Below, piece by piece: positions 1-13,639 of a DNA stretch of 64,000 nucleotides; the stretch's first letter is position 1, and every line of letters begins with the position of its first letter. The stretch comes from Raillietiella orientalis (lineage: Eukaryota). The stretch is from positions 4,960,001 through 5,024,000 of the forward strand of contig JAYWIR010000002.1 of the NCBI GenBank assembly GCA_036172245.1, given 5' to 3'. Position numbers and translations under genes: made by a program. Under the pieces are notes generated by a model, which did not search any database, had not been told where the DNA came from, and was given only the letters and a program-made list of their open reading frames with translations.

Positions 1-1692
1 GAAGGAGAATTTGTAATGAAAATCATAATGAAAACCACGAATTAAATAAATTTCTGAAAGTAGGCAACAAAAACGTTTTGATAAAAACCAAAAAAAACTG
101 CTTATGTGACTCATTCCTATTATTTTCTGAAACGCAATAAAGAAATATGACTGAAAATTAATTTAGACAATGAACTGAAATAGAAAGACCTTTATTCTGG
201 TTTTTCTCATATTCGAAGCTTATACGTAATGATTACTGCTTGAAAAAAAAAGATTTTCACATAAGATTTTCTTGAAGAATCCAAATGATCAAAACTCTGA
301 AGCAGAAAGCGTTCTGAAAACCAAGTGTTTCATCATGAAAAATAAAAGTAGTTAAAACTCGAATATATAGTTCTCAGTAAAAGGTGAATTGCAATCTCTT
401 TTATCGGCGTTCTAAGGTTGAAGCTGGAGCTTTTTTCTTCTCTGAAAAAAGCAAAACAAATCATTGCAATTTACAAGACTAACTCTCACCCAATTATTTG
501 GGTCTTCATGCAATACTTGCACTGACATATCACTAGTTTCTGGAAAAAAATCCGGGAGTGTATGAATAAAGGTCATAGATGCATTGAGCAAAAACAAAAA
601 AAGCATTCAAAGTTCTTTCTCATAAGAAATAATTATGGCCTGGGTTAACTAACTTCCTAACCACGCTAAAATCCTTGAAAGAATTAATATTCAAATAATA
701 TGCTTTGAAGGGCTGATATGTGTAGGTATGTGCTGATATACTTAACGTGGTTGTGGAGATTTCTGAATAGAGATGGCATGGAAGCTGTATAGTAAAGTTC
801 ATAAGAAATAGCTTGGAAACGAACAATGAATGCAAGAAATTAAAATGATTCCACTGCAGTATTGAAATACGCACCTAATGGGAAAAAGAAGTCTTTAGGT
901 AAAAATGCCATTAAAAGCAGATCGTAAATATAGCAAAGAAAGAGACGAGAATCGAATTTGGAAAAATGACATTCTCATTTAAACACAAGATTCCGAAAAC
1001 AACTCATATACCCAACGGAAGAGCTTTCCAGATGTTCATGCTTTATAAATGGTTTTCACGTTTGGATCGAAGAAAATCTCTCTCGTTCACGCTTGTTAGA
1101 AATCCAATATCAGTCAACGGTTTTGCTTTTATGTACACTAAGGTATATTATCCTGGTAAAAAAAAAATGATTAGAATTCTCAACATCCGTTCACCATGAT
1201 TTGGTTCCAATTATTTAATGTAAACCCTCATTTGAAATGTGATTTCCTGTATCGATGTAAACATCTGTGGAAAACACCTAACATCCCATTGTAAAGAGTC
1301 TCTGCGAATTATCCTGAATTAAGCTTTTATTCATGGTTAACGAAATTCGTCCAAATACATTTCTCATCTGCAAGCTGTTACACATACGATAATTGTTTCT
1401 GAAATCCAGTTGATGCAATGAAAGCACCTTCCACCTGTGCGCACACGTTCCAAGAGATCCCCATCCAACATCAGGAGAGTAATGCATGGAATGGCATTTG
1501 GTTTCACTTGTGTCTGACAGTACTTTATTCTGAAGAGCACATGACTTATCCAATAACGAAGTAGCACGTTATTTGTGATCCCTCAAGTGGCAGTTTTTCC
1601 ATTCAGAATATAAGACTGAAGTGGGATCAAATCAAGCATCGACACTGGTGCGGTACTCGAGGACTATGTCTTGCAAAGAATAACTTATTAAA

Positions 1693-2775
1693 ATGAACAC
1701 AGATTCTCGAGACGTGCGTTCTATAGGAAAAGTAAATACAAAGATAAAATATTGCTCTGTACTTGTGATTTTGTTCGTTTTCTCAGCAAGTGTAACTGCA
1801 AAAAAATCTAAAGGAGAAAAGCCCAGTTGGGCCCAAAAACCCATATCTGAGTTTTCAGATGCAGATGTTGAGAAATTGTACGAACAGTGGGAAGTAAGTT
1901 ACTTTGTTGATGTTTGTAAATACGTCTGCCTCATTTTTAATGAGTCTTTGTACACAAGTGTGCAAATAACCTAGAGTACAGCTTGAAGCCAAAATATAGA
2001 ATAAAAAAATTTATGTTTTTATCTGATTTTACATTTCAAAAGGAAGATGAGGAACCCCTTGAAGATGATGAATTACCGGAGCATTTAAGAAAACAACCTG
2101 AACTTGACTGGAGTAAGGTAAGGAATTATGATGCCGTTAAGTAGATTATATGTGTTACAAGGCATCAAATTTTTTAAGAAGCATTACCTTTTTGAAACAA
2201 TATCTTTCAAATTTTTACTTATCTTAGATAGATTTTTCCAAACCTGATGCTTTAATTAAAGCTTCTAAAAAAGGGAAAACCGTTATGTCTTTTGTCAGTT
2301 TGATTGAAGGGTTAAGTGAAGAAGATTGTGAAACTACAACTAAATTATGGCAAAGTAGTCTCTGGAACAATCATATACAAGCAGAAAGGTTATATTAATT
2401 CCTTATTTTTGATGTTTGTATTTTTTGTTACAGATATGTTTTAGAGAAGGGAAGAGCACTTTATGTATTCAGGGATGGTGCTCAAGCATGGGATGCAAAG
2501 GCATTTTTTATTCAACAAGAAGAATGTAAGGACGTAGCTATTGAAGGAAAAATATATGCTGGCAAAGGACATCCAAATCCAGATGATGTGAGCCATAAAA
2601 CTTCATTCTCTGTAAGCTAAAATTTTTTAAGGTTATGCTGCAAAATATTAAGCGAGAAATGGAGGAAATTAGAGCAAGAGAGAAATTGCAGAAAAGCCAA
2701 GAGACTCCAGATGTGAAAGATGAAGAAAGTGAACCTGAGCTTGAAGCTGCAAGTGAATCCAGAGAAGAACTTTGA
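1693..2775 (+). CDS. MESD: LDL-receptor-family ER chaperone MESD/boca, about 244 aa, 5 exons
   Basis: Exons 1693-1893, 2043-2117, 2228-2388, 2434-2587 and 2632-2775 have GT-AG introns and compatible phases (735 nt in total). The product has an N-terminal hydrophobic signal, the motifs FSDADVEKLYEQWE-EDEEPLEDDELPEHL, KASKKGKTVMSFV, LWQSSLWNNHIQAERY and FRDGAQAWDAK, and a C-terminal REEL ER-retention signal. Confidence 0.95.
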
Positions 2776-3449
2776 AAGCATCTCCCAACTGCCGAGAGTA
2801 TTTTTTTCCCATGAGCTTATGTACATTTTAAAAGATACATTGTATGTTCATTGCACCAGGTTACTTTACTTTACTTACCTGGTATGAAGATCCTAAATTT
2901 ATTTTGATAAATTTACGACATTTTACACATATTATCGTTCCGAAATGCTATTTGCAGCAACTGAAGTAATGAAGTATTAGATTAAGCAAGTAGATTTGGG
3001 AAATCAAACATGAGTGTGTAATTGTAAGCAAAAAACTGCATGTTTCTGTAGCAACAAAAAAATATTTAAAAGGAATAAATAAATAACAAGTATCATTTTT
3101 GCTTATTACTATTGTAAGTTGATATTCAGTATTTGTATTTTAATTTATATTTATGCGCCGTTGACGTGGTTGCAAAAATTATTACTGAGCAGCAGGTACA
3201 CCTAAGGAGATTGCAATTCTGGAATTCATTCTGCTTGTCAGTGTTTAATTTCGAGTATTCGGTTTCGTCACGAGGTTTGGGATATGGATCACATTACTTA
3301 GCATTCGTGCTGATTTTGTTGAAACTACCTAACGTTTTCGCATACCCTTTTGCCACTGGGAAGTTTGGAGGTAGGAAGCAGCATGCTGTGTAGAATACGC
3401 TCGGCGTACATGCAGTATGCAACTGTACGTACAGTGCAAAGGAGAAATA

Positions 3450-4150
3450 GCTGAAGATGTCCCGTTTCGTGAAAGGACGACACATAGGCCGATGCAGTAC
3501 TTGCAGGTGGGAAAGGTTTTTAGGCTCAGTGCAGCTTCCTCCACGTAATGCTTGTCGCAAACGTCTGTTCTGCAACTGCCGGGTGCTGCGGTGGCAAAGA
3601 CCCCGCCGCCTCTCAAGGCCAGCATTGGACTTCCTCGGCACGTTCAAGCCTTTGCAGAGTTTCGATGTTTGCCATATGCTTTAATTGTCTTCGTTGCATT
3701 GAAGGAATAAGGAAGTAACACGCAAAAAAAACATGCAAGTTCCACAGTTTTTCCGTCAAACGGACCTCCCCAGTTCCAGAATGGGTAATCTTTTGAGTCT
3801 TCCATTTCAGGGATGGATGCAGCTGGTTTAATGGAAACTTATGAAAAGTTCAAACGTGTGCATTCGCCCGCGATGCACAGCTCTCATCTGCAATTTTTAA
3901 TTTGCAGACTGATTGCACGCTCTTTATCAGCATGCATTTTGAATGTGATGCCTTTCGCAGATCCAACGAAGCAATTCTGCATTCGTTGTCTCTGCAAACC
4001 CAGTTTTCCTTCCCGCTGCAATCTTGCTCTTGTAAAGTTCCTCGTCATCCGTCTTCCAGAAATGGATCTGGTTTGGTCCACTGATTCATTAGAGATATGG
4101 TGCAAAACCATGTTCGACAAATCGCAGTTTCAAGATACGATTTACTGATC
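3450..4150 (-). mobile_element. Highly degenerate piggyBac-like transposase C-terminal remnant
   Basis: The frameshifted pieces FLIPSMQRRQLKHM, ERRRGLCHRS and SCRTDVCDKH...TCKYC resemble the end of the piggyBac catalytic domain and the Cys-rich domain, in the expected order. By-eye similarity only. Confidence 0.3.
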
Positions 4151-5117
4151 CCGAATGAATTACAGTGGACACCATTCATTATTTTCTCATTATTCAGGGA
4201 TGGAACGACCACGGCATAAAAGTATAGCCAAACGTCTTACATTCGTAGGTTCGGTTTTCGCCGGTCGGACCAAACCCAATGTACGGTCCCGAACTGTGAA
4301 CTTTTCCTCCCTAAACGACCCCGGTGTCCGTTGGACTGGGAGAAATTGGTTCTCTTTCTTCCTTCTGAAAGGCTGAGTATGAAAACAGTGTTTCTGCCTA
4401 CGCAGAAAACTCCTGAACTCAACTGCACCTGTTTGCATTATCGTGCACTCCAACACAAGAAAACAGTCTCGCGTTCACCGCCGTCGTAAAATTGGCAGCA
4501 ATTTTCAACCCATTCTAAAGGAAGCGCAGCTTAAGCAAGACAAGTTTTTTTTCTTTTCAATTCTGTATTGTGTAACAGAAGCGTCCTCAGGTATTTTTGC
4601 TTTCCTTGAAGAAAAAGATATTCATTACGTTTCATGACAGAAATGCCATGTTATATGGGTTGCTCACTTTTCCATACAGGGAATTTCCTTTACATGCAAA
4701 CTTTGTAATACCTCCGTATACGCAGGCACCGACGATCTATGACTTGCATTGGACTTTCAAGTTCCTTTCACGAAACAACTGGTCCATATCGACGTAGTGA
4801 TCCGTAAGTGCACACAAATGTAATGCACACAAACGGTTGTATACTTTTCCACCTAATGGATTCGAACACTAGTGATCTTAGTCCATTCATTTTCTTGTGG
4901 TTTAGCTGGCAGGGCAGGCAGTTGTTTTCCAATCCAAAAAATCGTAAATCCACTTGAATACCACTTTCAGATATTTGACTGATTTCAAGAAATTCATTCT
5001 CTCAAAAATTACCTTGGGAAGGCATTGGAGCAAATGAATGGATGATGGAAATTCTTCTTTTCTGTCTTCGCAGTTCTTCGACACGGTTCCACGCCGCCCG
5101 AGGGTGGGTAATTCTTC

Positions 5118-5800
5118 AAGATAGGGAGTACCCCAGGAGGGGTCCGCCCTATAAATCCAGGAAGGACTCGGAGTTTGTTCCTCTCACGTCTAGGGAATGA
5201 AGATCACCTCCACCCTGGATGTCTCCGAAGGGGAATCCAAAAGGGAATCCTCCTTCCTTATTCTCTCCGGAGGACCCCCGGGGGGGTCTGCTCAATTCTT
5301 TGTTCTCTGAAGGGAACCCGGAAAGGATCCGATCCTGGAATTTCTTCTTCAGAGGGGATCCCCCGCAAGGGATCCGCTCCTGTTTTTATTCCTCTGAAGA
5401 GAACCCCGAGGGGACGCTTCCGAAATTCAGAAGGGCGCTGCTTTCCCGAAGGGATCGGCTCGCGTCTCCGCACCCTCTGGAGAGGTGGTGGCAACACACC
5501 TACTCCATCAGTACACGCGGAGAGTCTCCCCGGAATGGAGGGTCCGCTCCTTCACAACCGTAGGGGAGCTCCCACTCCGTGATTCCACGAAGGACCCGGA
5601 GGTAGACTCCCATTTTTCCAGGCCTCATCGGGGGCATCTGGTTTTAACCACTACAGTGCCGCACCCTGATGAATGTAGGCCAACCAGAGTCATCTTATGG
5701 GATGAACTCGGAACCCATGGTGCACTGCGTCGATTCCTTCGGAGTATTCGAACCAACGAGTATGGTGCCACGCGCGGAGACCACCATGACCACCCGACCT
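5118..5800 (-). mobile_element. tRNA-derived SINE, copy 1 (uninterrupted)
   Basis: The minus strand has an A-box-like TGGTCATGGTGG and a B-box GGTTCGAATAC (plus 5744-5754). The body and 3' end (CTATCTTGAAGAATTAC) are colinear with 49060-49866 and share the motif GAAGAGAACCCCG-AGGGACGCTTCCGAAATT with the 52.7 kb and 57.3 kb copies. Confidence 0.7.
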
Positions 5801-6342
5801 CCGAAGCAGGCAATTTAATTAATTAACAGGGCAAACAATGATATGCTCACGTGAGCTGCTTACCGGAAGCTTTCGACATCCAGACCCCGCAAATTCCCTC
5901 AGCATTGGCGTGATGTTGGTCACTGCCTTCATGGTGTTGCTCGTTGGTCTGACCAGCCCAGCAGCCTTCTGCCTCCAAAGGCACCTCATGGAAGCCGACC
6001 GGGTCGCTGAGGCAGAAGGGACTGGTGGCCAACGGCATCCACGAGGTGTATGCGTTGAAGTGGAGCCCGCAAGCCGGCCGGCGCATCAAAAAGATGGCCG
6101 ACCACTCTCCGTGACCGCAAGAGCTCGTTAGCTGTTTTTCATCCCCGCTCCCGGACACCTCTGGATATCCGGAATACTACGACCTGCAGAACAGCAGCTC
6201 GATTCCCCCTTACGACACAGATGCAATGTTCCACTACCGCAGTACCGTGGCAAGACACTCGAGACGCAGAAATCCGTCTTAACCTGTCGCTTTTTCAAGC
6301 AAAGGCACGTCTTTACGAGTTCCCTCTCCCGTCGCCTCGAGC

Positions 6343-6437
6343 ATTGTTTCTGAAATCCACTTGCTGTAATGAAAACACCTTCCACCCGTGCGCACACGTT
6401 CCAAGAAATCCCTACCTAAGATTCAGAAAGTAATGTA
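6343..6437 (+). repeat. 95-bp ungapped copy of 1392-1486, between 17-bp direct repeats
   Basis: 15 mismatches in 95 nt against 1392-1486. TCTCCCGTCGCCTCGAG occurs at 6325-6341 and 6456-6472. Confidence 0.85.
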
Positions 6438-7174
6438 GCGGTATCCTGCTCCAGGTCTCCCGTCGCCTCGAGACCTGGAGCGGGATGCCGCTGTTACTGA
6501 GAGTTTTTCCTTTGACTATCTTGAGGGTGCATCAGGACGCTGAACACTTTTCTAGCGTACCCGAGTCCCAGCAGCAAGCTCTCCCACCTCAGGGTTCAGA
6601 CCATCAAGAACATCAGAAGTAAGCCAATTCAGAGGGCATTCCTGACCGGTTCCCAGGGCAATCACATCAAGGATCGCCACTCGGCCGTCGAGCGGATTTC
6701 AAGAGCCATCTCTCGACTCAGCACGAGCAGTAAAGGAGCTCTCCCTTTTCCCCAGGGGAAAAGCGCGTGGTTCCCAGGCGCAGCTCGCGAGCGTGCAGCT
6801 TGGTTAGCAACCCGGACAGGATCTTGGATGACTGCGACGGAGAAAGCAGTGGAGATGGCGAAGGCAGCGTGACCAGAGAAATGGACGAGCTTGGAGTGCA
6901 ACAGGGATGACGTACCCTGATCGTGGATGGAGTACGAGACCCGCAAAGAATTCGGGTCGGAAAACCCCTCTCTACGCTACGGGAGCCTAGACTTGTCAGA
7001 CACGAGTGCTTCGTGGTCAGCGTACACTACAACGAAACGTACACCAAGAGTTCCGACTTAGGTTGGGAACACTCGTTTCTAACCTTAGTTTCCAACCTTC
7101 CAAACTTTATGCGTCTTCAAAAACTAAGCAGTTACCGGGTTCCGCGGCGCTGAGGTGGAACCACCGCTTCGATT

Positions 7175-7480
7175 TTCACCCGGGTTTCGCCGGGGTGTTT
7201 ATTGAAAATAAACTTTAACAAAGACGTGCTGTGGCTGGACCAGTGCTCCAACCACGCACGAAGAAACACAGAGCCTGCCGGGTCACTGGTTCGCAGATCG
7301 GTACGGGGGGGATAAACAAAAAAACGAAACAAAAAGAAAAGAAAAGGTGGGATGGGCCATCGCAACGCCCTCTTCAAAAATTCGAAGGCGTGCTGGATGG
7401 CACCCTTATCGCGAGGTCCTCCCGTAGCCGTGCTCCAAGCGGCGACGATCCCGCGAAGGCAGCACCGCTTCGAGATCAGT
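7175..7480 (-). mobile_element. Tx1/L1-type LINE 3' end fragment
   Basis: Same 3'UTR layout as 16390-16600: an AATAAA on the minus strand, the motif CCTGCC...CAC(T/C)GGTTCGCAGA and an A-rich tract. Confidence 0.6.
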
Positions 7481-8321
7481 AAGTCGTGAGTCCCCTTCGC
7501 TCACATAGGTCCACATCATCGACCACTGTCAATGATGATGGCCACGTAGAAAACAGTGTGCTAACACGAAAGGGTCGCCGTGGCGACTGGCAATAGTCGT
7601 GGTTGCATAAAAAGAGTCTGTCGTGTACATTTTTCTTTCTCAATTCGGTCCTATACTAGTTTACTTTGATGGAAACATAAAAACGAAATAACAAAGATTA
7701 CTAGGGGACCAAAGTTGCTCAGATATAAATGCTATTTCCATTTTTCAAATAGAAACTATAATTGCGTTTTCCTTATTATTTCAAAAGAAAATGAACTTTT
7801 GGAAAACCGTTTCCTTCGCTAGCAATGTTCCTACGTATAACGAAAGTACATAAATTAAACAGCATACGTTAGTACATAAGAATCACACAAACAAATACAA
7901 AGTATGCAAAACTGAACCACTTTTTTGCATAAACACGCATCTTCTGTGCATAATAAATTTTACAAAATGAAGTTTACTATAAACAACATTTATTGAATTT
8001 TTACAAAATGCACATTTTCATAAACTTTGCTTTTGTAAGTACAAAACTGCAATTCAGATATTTCCTTGTAATCATCTTTATGCACTTGAAAATGTCGGAT
8101 AACTAACATTAGGTAAACTAGAACACCCTGCTAAGAACTTGGTCTGCTAATATAAACTGCTTCTCACTTGGCATTTTACATGAACAATAAATATATTAAC
8201 TTTTATTTAAAAATCATGATGCATAGTAGAAACAGTTCCATTACAAAATTGTTATTTCTAATTAAATGACTTACATATAAAATGATGAATTCGGATCAAG
8301 GATAACATTTAACTCCAAAGC

Positions 8322-11300
8322 TTAAGTTGTTACTTGGGGAGGAGGTAATGGAGAATGAACAGCAGGTGGAAGCAACGGGGATGAAACAGGTGGTGATGGG
8401 ACAACTGAAGCTTGTGTTAAAGTCACAACCTGTGAAGAATTTGTCATGTTAACTTCCTTATTCAACTGCAACTGAGCCTGTTGCCTAGCCCTAAAATCTG
8501 CAGCACGTAGCTGCTCCATATGAAACTGCTGTCTTTCCTGAATGAGTTGCTGTCTTTGGTACTCCAAACTTTCTCGTTCCCTATCCATGATGGTTTCCAA
8601 TTCCTCAAAGTGCCTAAGCTTAATTTCTAGCTTTTTCATTTGTGTTTCCACAAGTAAGGCTACTAATGATTTTATCTTACGTTCTTCCACTGCAGCCAAA
8701 TGTTTAGCTTTGACTGCAGCTGCTCCTAGAGCAGCTGCAGCTGCAAGCTGCAACTGAGTATCTTTGACTACATGGTCCTCATCTACTTCCTTTTTTTCAA
8801 TTTCAGCTTCTTCTTTTACAGATGTAGTTTCATTAGAGATTAGTTTTCCATCCGGTTTTTTTTGTTCTTCTTCCTGCTCCACAATTTCTTCTTTTACTTC
8901 TACTTCAGAGACATTATTTTCTAGCTGGGATTCTGTGGGCGACTCTTTCTCTTGAGATTCTTCAGATTTCTTAGATTCATCTGCAGTCTCCTCAACAGCT
9001 GTGCCAGCAATTCCAGTCTCTGCCAACTTATAAGTGGGATCGATTTTCCCATTTTTGGCAGCTCCTTCCACATTTTTGATGTGAGAATCCATCAGAGACA
9101 AAGGCACTTCTTCCTTTTAAATCTCAAACTTGCTATTTATAAAATTAACTTATTCTGATACTCACCTTGATCTTTGCAAATTCCTCCATAGCAGCTTTGG
9201 CTGCTGCTGCTGCTACACGGGGATCTACCACTGATGCCAAGAAAGCAACAGTAGACATGATGGGATTACCCACTTTTGAAAAAGGTATGGGCTGATATGC
9301 AAGAGGACCCAGGGAGCCACCTCCTAAACCTGGATCTTCCAGGTATGGATCTTCAATAGGAAGACGAAGAAAATGCAAAATGCATTCATCCTGGGTACGG
9401 CTGCCTACATGTTCACACACTTTGTTCCAATCATCTTTGTACATTTCTAAGGCTTCAAGAAGCAGTAATGTCTCTTGCTCTGTCCACTCTCGGGACAACA
9501 TAGCTGCATTCTTGTTCTTTAATGCAGCATGCTTCCTAGCATACTGATCCATGCGCAGACCAAAATTTGACCCTACAGAGCTGCCATCATCTTTATGTTC
9601 TAAGTTAGTTGTAGGCAATTTGTCCAAATCAATTAAAGTTTTTGCTGCTGAGGGCTGATTTGTTTTGGGGGGATTGATAGGTTGCAATCCAGAAGGAGTG
9701 TCTGCTAATACATGGAAGTGAGATGTTGGGGGAGGGCCTACAGCTGTAGGACGACTATCAACATCAACTTGATAATTAATCAAGCCCCACTGTTCTAGGA
9801 AGGCATGCACACGCATGATGGCACACACATCACCAGACAGATTTCGACGACATGCAGTGCTCGTTAAATATTCAGTGGCATTCAAGCGGTATGTATCTAC
9901 CATGAAATTGCGATAAGCCAGGTACACTTCAGGAGTCTTGGATTTGTTCTTTCCATTAAAGAACTCAGGTAATGCTCTCCTTTCAATAGCATGAATACTA
10001 TTATAATCAAACCAAGCTGAATAACTTGGAATGATGATGTGATGTGCCTGGTCAGTTGCATTTTCTTCCTGGGAGTCTTCTCGAGTAATCTCTGGTCTTG
10101 CAGACTCTGGTCGATCACTGTCTTCATCTAAATCTGTGTATGTTCCGCATTTCAGAGGTTGCAATTCAGTATCCTTTTTGCCCAGAGTTCCTGAAGATCA
10201 AAATAAAACCTAGTGCCACTGGAACAAATGCCACTAACCAGAACGTGGTAAAACCACTTCTTGAATATTTGTCTCGGGAGACGGATCTTCCAGCTCTTTG
10301 GTAAGATCTTCAGTTTCATCATCTCCTCTATTCTTTTTTTTTGCATGAGCCATGCTAGGGACCCTCATGCTATGATGATTAATAAGGATTAATATTTTCA
10401 TTCTTTTTACCTTTTTCGTTTTCCTCCATGTTTAAACAATGGGGATGGGGATCTTTTCCTCTTTTTCCGGCTACTTTTCTCCTTTTCACCATAAGCCATT
10501 AGTTCCTCTACCGATAATTGCAGCTGATCTTATCAGTGAGCCATCTAAAGTTCTTTATTATTCTTGCCTGATGCTGTTTTAGACGTTGCCCCTGATCCTC
10601 TACTTCATAGTCCTCTTCATTCATCCATTCATTGTATTCTTCTAGGTCCAGTAACCAATTAGCAGCCAACTAAAACACAAAAGTTTTCAAAATTTTGAAA
10701 TTCTCAAAGTGCAAGTTTTCACATATTTTGGTTGCTGATTCAATACATGAAGACTCTTACTTCCCAAGGTTCCTCATGTGTAGGTAATGCATCAAAAAGA
10801 TCCTGATCAATGTCTAGTCCAGGAATCCAACTATCATGACTATCTGGTAAAAAATACCAGTGAATCAGTAAACCATTTTCCCTTCTTAAAACTGGTCTCA
10901 AAAGATCTTCCTTTGGCAGCTGCAGAGGTGGATAAATAATATGACTGGCATCTTCCTCACTCTCTGTGAAATAACAACATTTGTTTCCTAATGATTACCC
11001 AATTAACCTGCTATTGTTCCCTGATGCCGTTTTATTATGTCTTTGAGACGAGTTGCAAGTGTTTTATCAACAGTTTCAGAAATATAAATATGTGGCAGAA
11101 CAAGACATTTGTTTTGGATTAATGTTTTCTCAATATTCATGAACATTTCAACATTTCTATCCATTCTGGATGGAGATTGAAAATCAAATCTACGCCATCC
11201 TTGTTCACTCTTGAATTTATACACAGTAGCCAAGATATGGCACAAGCTTTCTCCAGGCTTGAAATCCAAAAAACATTGCATCTTAAACAACATAAACTAT

Positions 11301-11819
11301 GTTACAGTTTCTTTTGAACTTACAGGGAGTCGAGTAAGAGGAGGTTTGCACACATTTTTACCAAAATTATCTTCTTGAAACTGAATAAGCTGAACTACAA
11401 TCGACACGAGTCCCTTGCTTGTTGGTGGATCTGCAGCAATATACTAAAACAATAATAGTTTACTGGTATTCAAATTCCTGACAACAAAGCAGTCTAACGT
11501 TGGCAGTATCAAAAATAACAAAATCCCTATAGTGAATTAGAATCAGTACAACTCCTACATAAACAATACAGTGTTAACATAGAACAAAATTATATTTTCA
11601 ATAATGGTACTTGAGTACTAACACAACTTCGCTACTCAAGTTTCAACGCTCAGTTTTAAAAACCAACACAGTTTACAAATCAGCTAAAGAAAAACTTGAA
11701 ACCTTTTTACAATTTTTTTGCAACCATGATCGTACTCCATCAAACAGAGCAAGAATTTCTTGACTTTCAAAAAATTTAATATTTGGTCCTCCGTCTTCTT
11801 GTTTTTGAATCGCGGCCAT
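8322..11819 (-). CDS. SMARCC2: SWI/SNF (BAF) subunit SMARCC/moira (BAF155/170), about 958 aa, 9 exons
   Basis: Exons 11819-11703, 11443-11324, 11281-11008, 10963-10761, 10669-10568, 10523-10411, 10369-10239, 10190-9166 and 9113-8322 total 2877 nt in frame. Domains seen: N-terminal [25 protein letters not shown] ([27 protein letters not shown]), SANT ([23 protein letters not shown]) and leucine zipper ([27 protein letters not shown]). This is the single invertebrate orthologue of SMARCC1/2. Confidence 0.97.
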
Positions 11820-12959
11820 GTTTATGTACTTGGTATAGGAGTTGCATGGGAGTACCAAATGCCTGAGTTCACTTTTAAACTCAGCATATTATGATCCTAT
11901 ATAAGAAATACATCAACAAAAATAAAATATATTTCAAAAAGTTCAACTAAATTAATTTTTATCAAAAAATATTTTGATTTTCTTCATTTTAAATGATTGG
12001 GCCCACAAAATTTCTAGGGATGAGGCAAATTATTGAACAACATACTTGAGTTTCTTGAAACGAAAAACAAACTTCGCCCCAATTCTAGGATTATCTATAT
12101 TTAGAGAGCTGTTAAAATAAGATGGAAGAACTGAATTATTTTTTAAAAATAAACTTATTGGTCAATGTACTTTTTAGGGAACTCCGTCAATTTGATTCCT
12201 CATATCCTCATGCAAGAGTAATAAAATTAGATAAAATTATTTTAATCCAGTTTAAATTGAAAAAAATAAGCAAAGCTTTATCAAAAGTAAAATTGATATC
12301 TTACAAATTATCATATAACCGTTGAAAAGGGTTTTGACATTCCACAGAATATTCCATTTACCTCAATTTAAAATTCTGAAAGCAATAATACACTTTTATT
12401 CAAAAAAGTATATTTAAGACTCATATCGTAAGAAAGAAGTACTGTACACTAACTTTGTTGGATAATTTCGTTCTCATCGAAGATTGGAATTGTATAATTT
12501 GCTTATGTAATTTTCCGAAGGCAAGCTTAATTCTTTTCGTGGAACATATTCTACAATTAATTTTAACAGGTAGAAGTAGAAATAGAAGTAGAAACTATAT
12601 AGAGATCTAACTTCGTTTTAATGAATGATTTAAAGTACGCAAAAAAATATTTATCTACATATTCGTCGATTCTTATCAGAGTCAAGATTATTGTTAACTT
12701 ATTGTAGATTATAGCAAAGATTTTTTCGATTCATAAATTTTCTTAACATTTTTACACTATAACGTTAAGAATGCTAAGACTACATTTGAGGACTTGCCAA
12801 AATTTATTGTTTGATAAATTCACAATTTATTTCACAATTGCGTAAGTGGACTTCACATCTCATAAACTTTTGCGTTGCATACTTGAACATCTTCAAGTTT
12901 TTCATACGGATAAGCCAGGGCTTTTATTATTAAAACTTCAAAATAAAACTTTATAATAA

Positions 12960-13450
12960 AGTCTGGTCTTTTCTGTAGTTTTTTCCGTCAGAACACATGG
13001 CTGCCTGAAAACCGGGCATTGGGCATGGGTTGCTCCTCTTTCGCTTCACACGCCCGCACCGCATGTAGCGTGCGTTTTGCAGAATCCCAGAAGAATGAGT
13101 GCCATCATTCGGAAAGGACACAGCTACTCTGCATTCGTTATAGACGGCTTACAGGTTTTCAACTTTCCACAGAGAACTTCCGCAGCGTTCATCATTTTGA
13201 GCTGACGCTCCGCAGACTGATGTGATCCACACACACAGGGGCACCCTTTGAAATACAGCTCAACGCTGTGCCAAAAGTCTCTCGGGGAATGAAAATTCAT
13301 TGTACAAACGGATTACAAGAAAAAAAAAAGTGATGAAGAGTAATGGTGTACAGTTTTCGATTCATGTGTACATTTTATGTCAAAGAAGATGATGAGGGGA
13401 AAAAATCTGCTTATAAATGTCTGAGAGATGGAATAAATTGTGTATTTATA
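12960..13450 (-). mobile_element. Degenerate piggyBac-like transposase C-terminal remnant
   Basis: YSISQTFISRFFPLIIFFD resembles the YSxxRxTxRWPxxxF motif and is followed by a decayed Cys-rich tail (RCGRVKRKRSNPCPMPGFQAAMC). Many stops and frameshifts. Confidence 0.3.
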
Positions 13451-13639
13451 AAAAAAAAAAAAAAAGATCGCCGGAGCGGAGACGTTCTTTTGATGTGGTG
13501 TTGAGCAGTAGAGCCACTCTGCATGCATGAGACGGAGGACTGCATTTCATCTCCATGAGAAATGATCTGTATTCCCTACCGCTGTAGATGATGCGAGCTT
13601 GGCAGGTTCTTGACACAAATGTGCAGCCATACTTTTCTC

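Noticed and set aside
1364..1567. LLERVRTGGRC as a Polinton DNA-polymerase motif
   Set aside because: Too short, no other polymerase motifs nearby, and the substitutions between the two copies are not codon-biased.
5655..5730. Hammerhead ribozyme core CTGATGA in the SINE
   Set aside because: There is no stem II-GAAA at the required position, and the motif is absent from the other copies.
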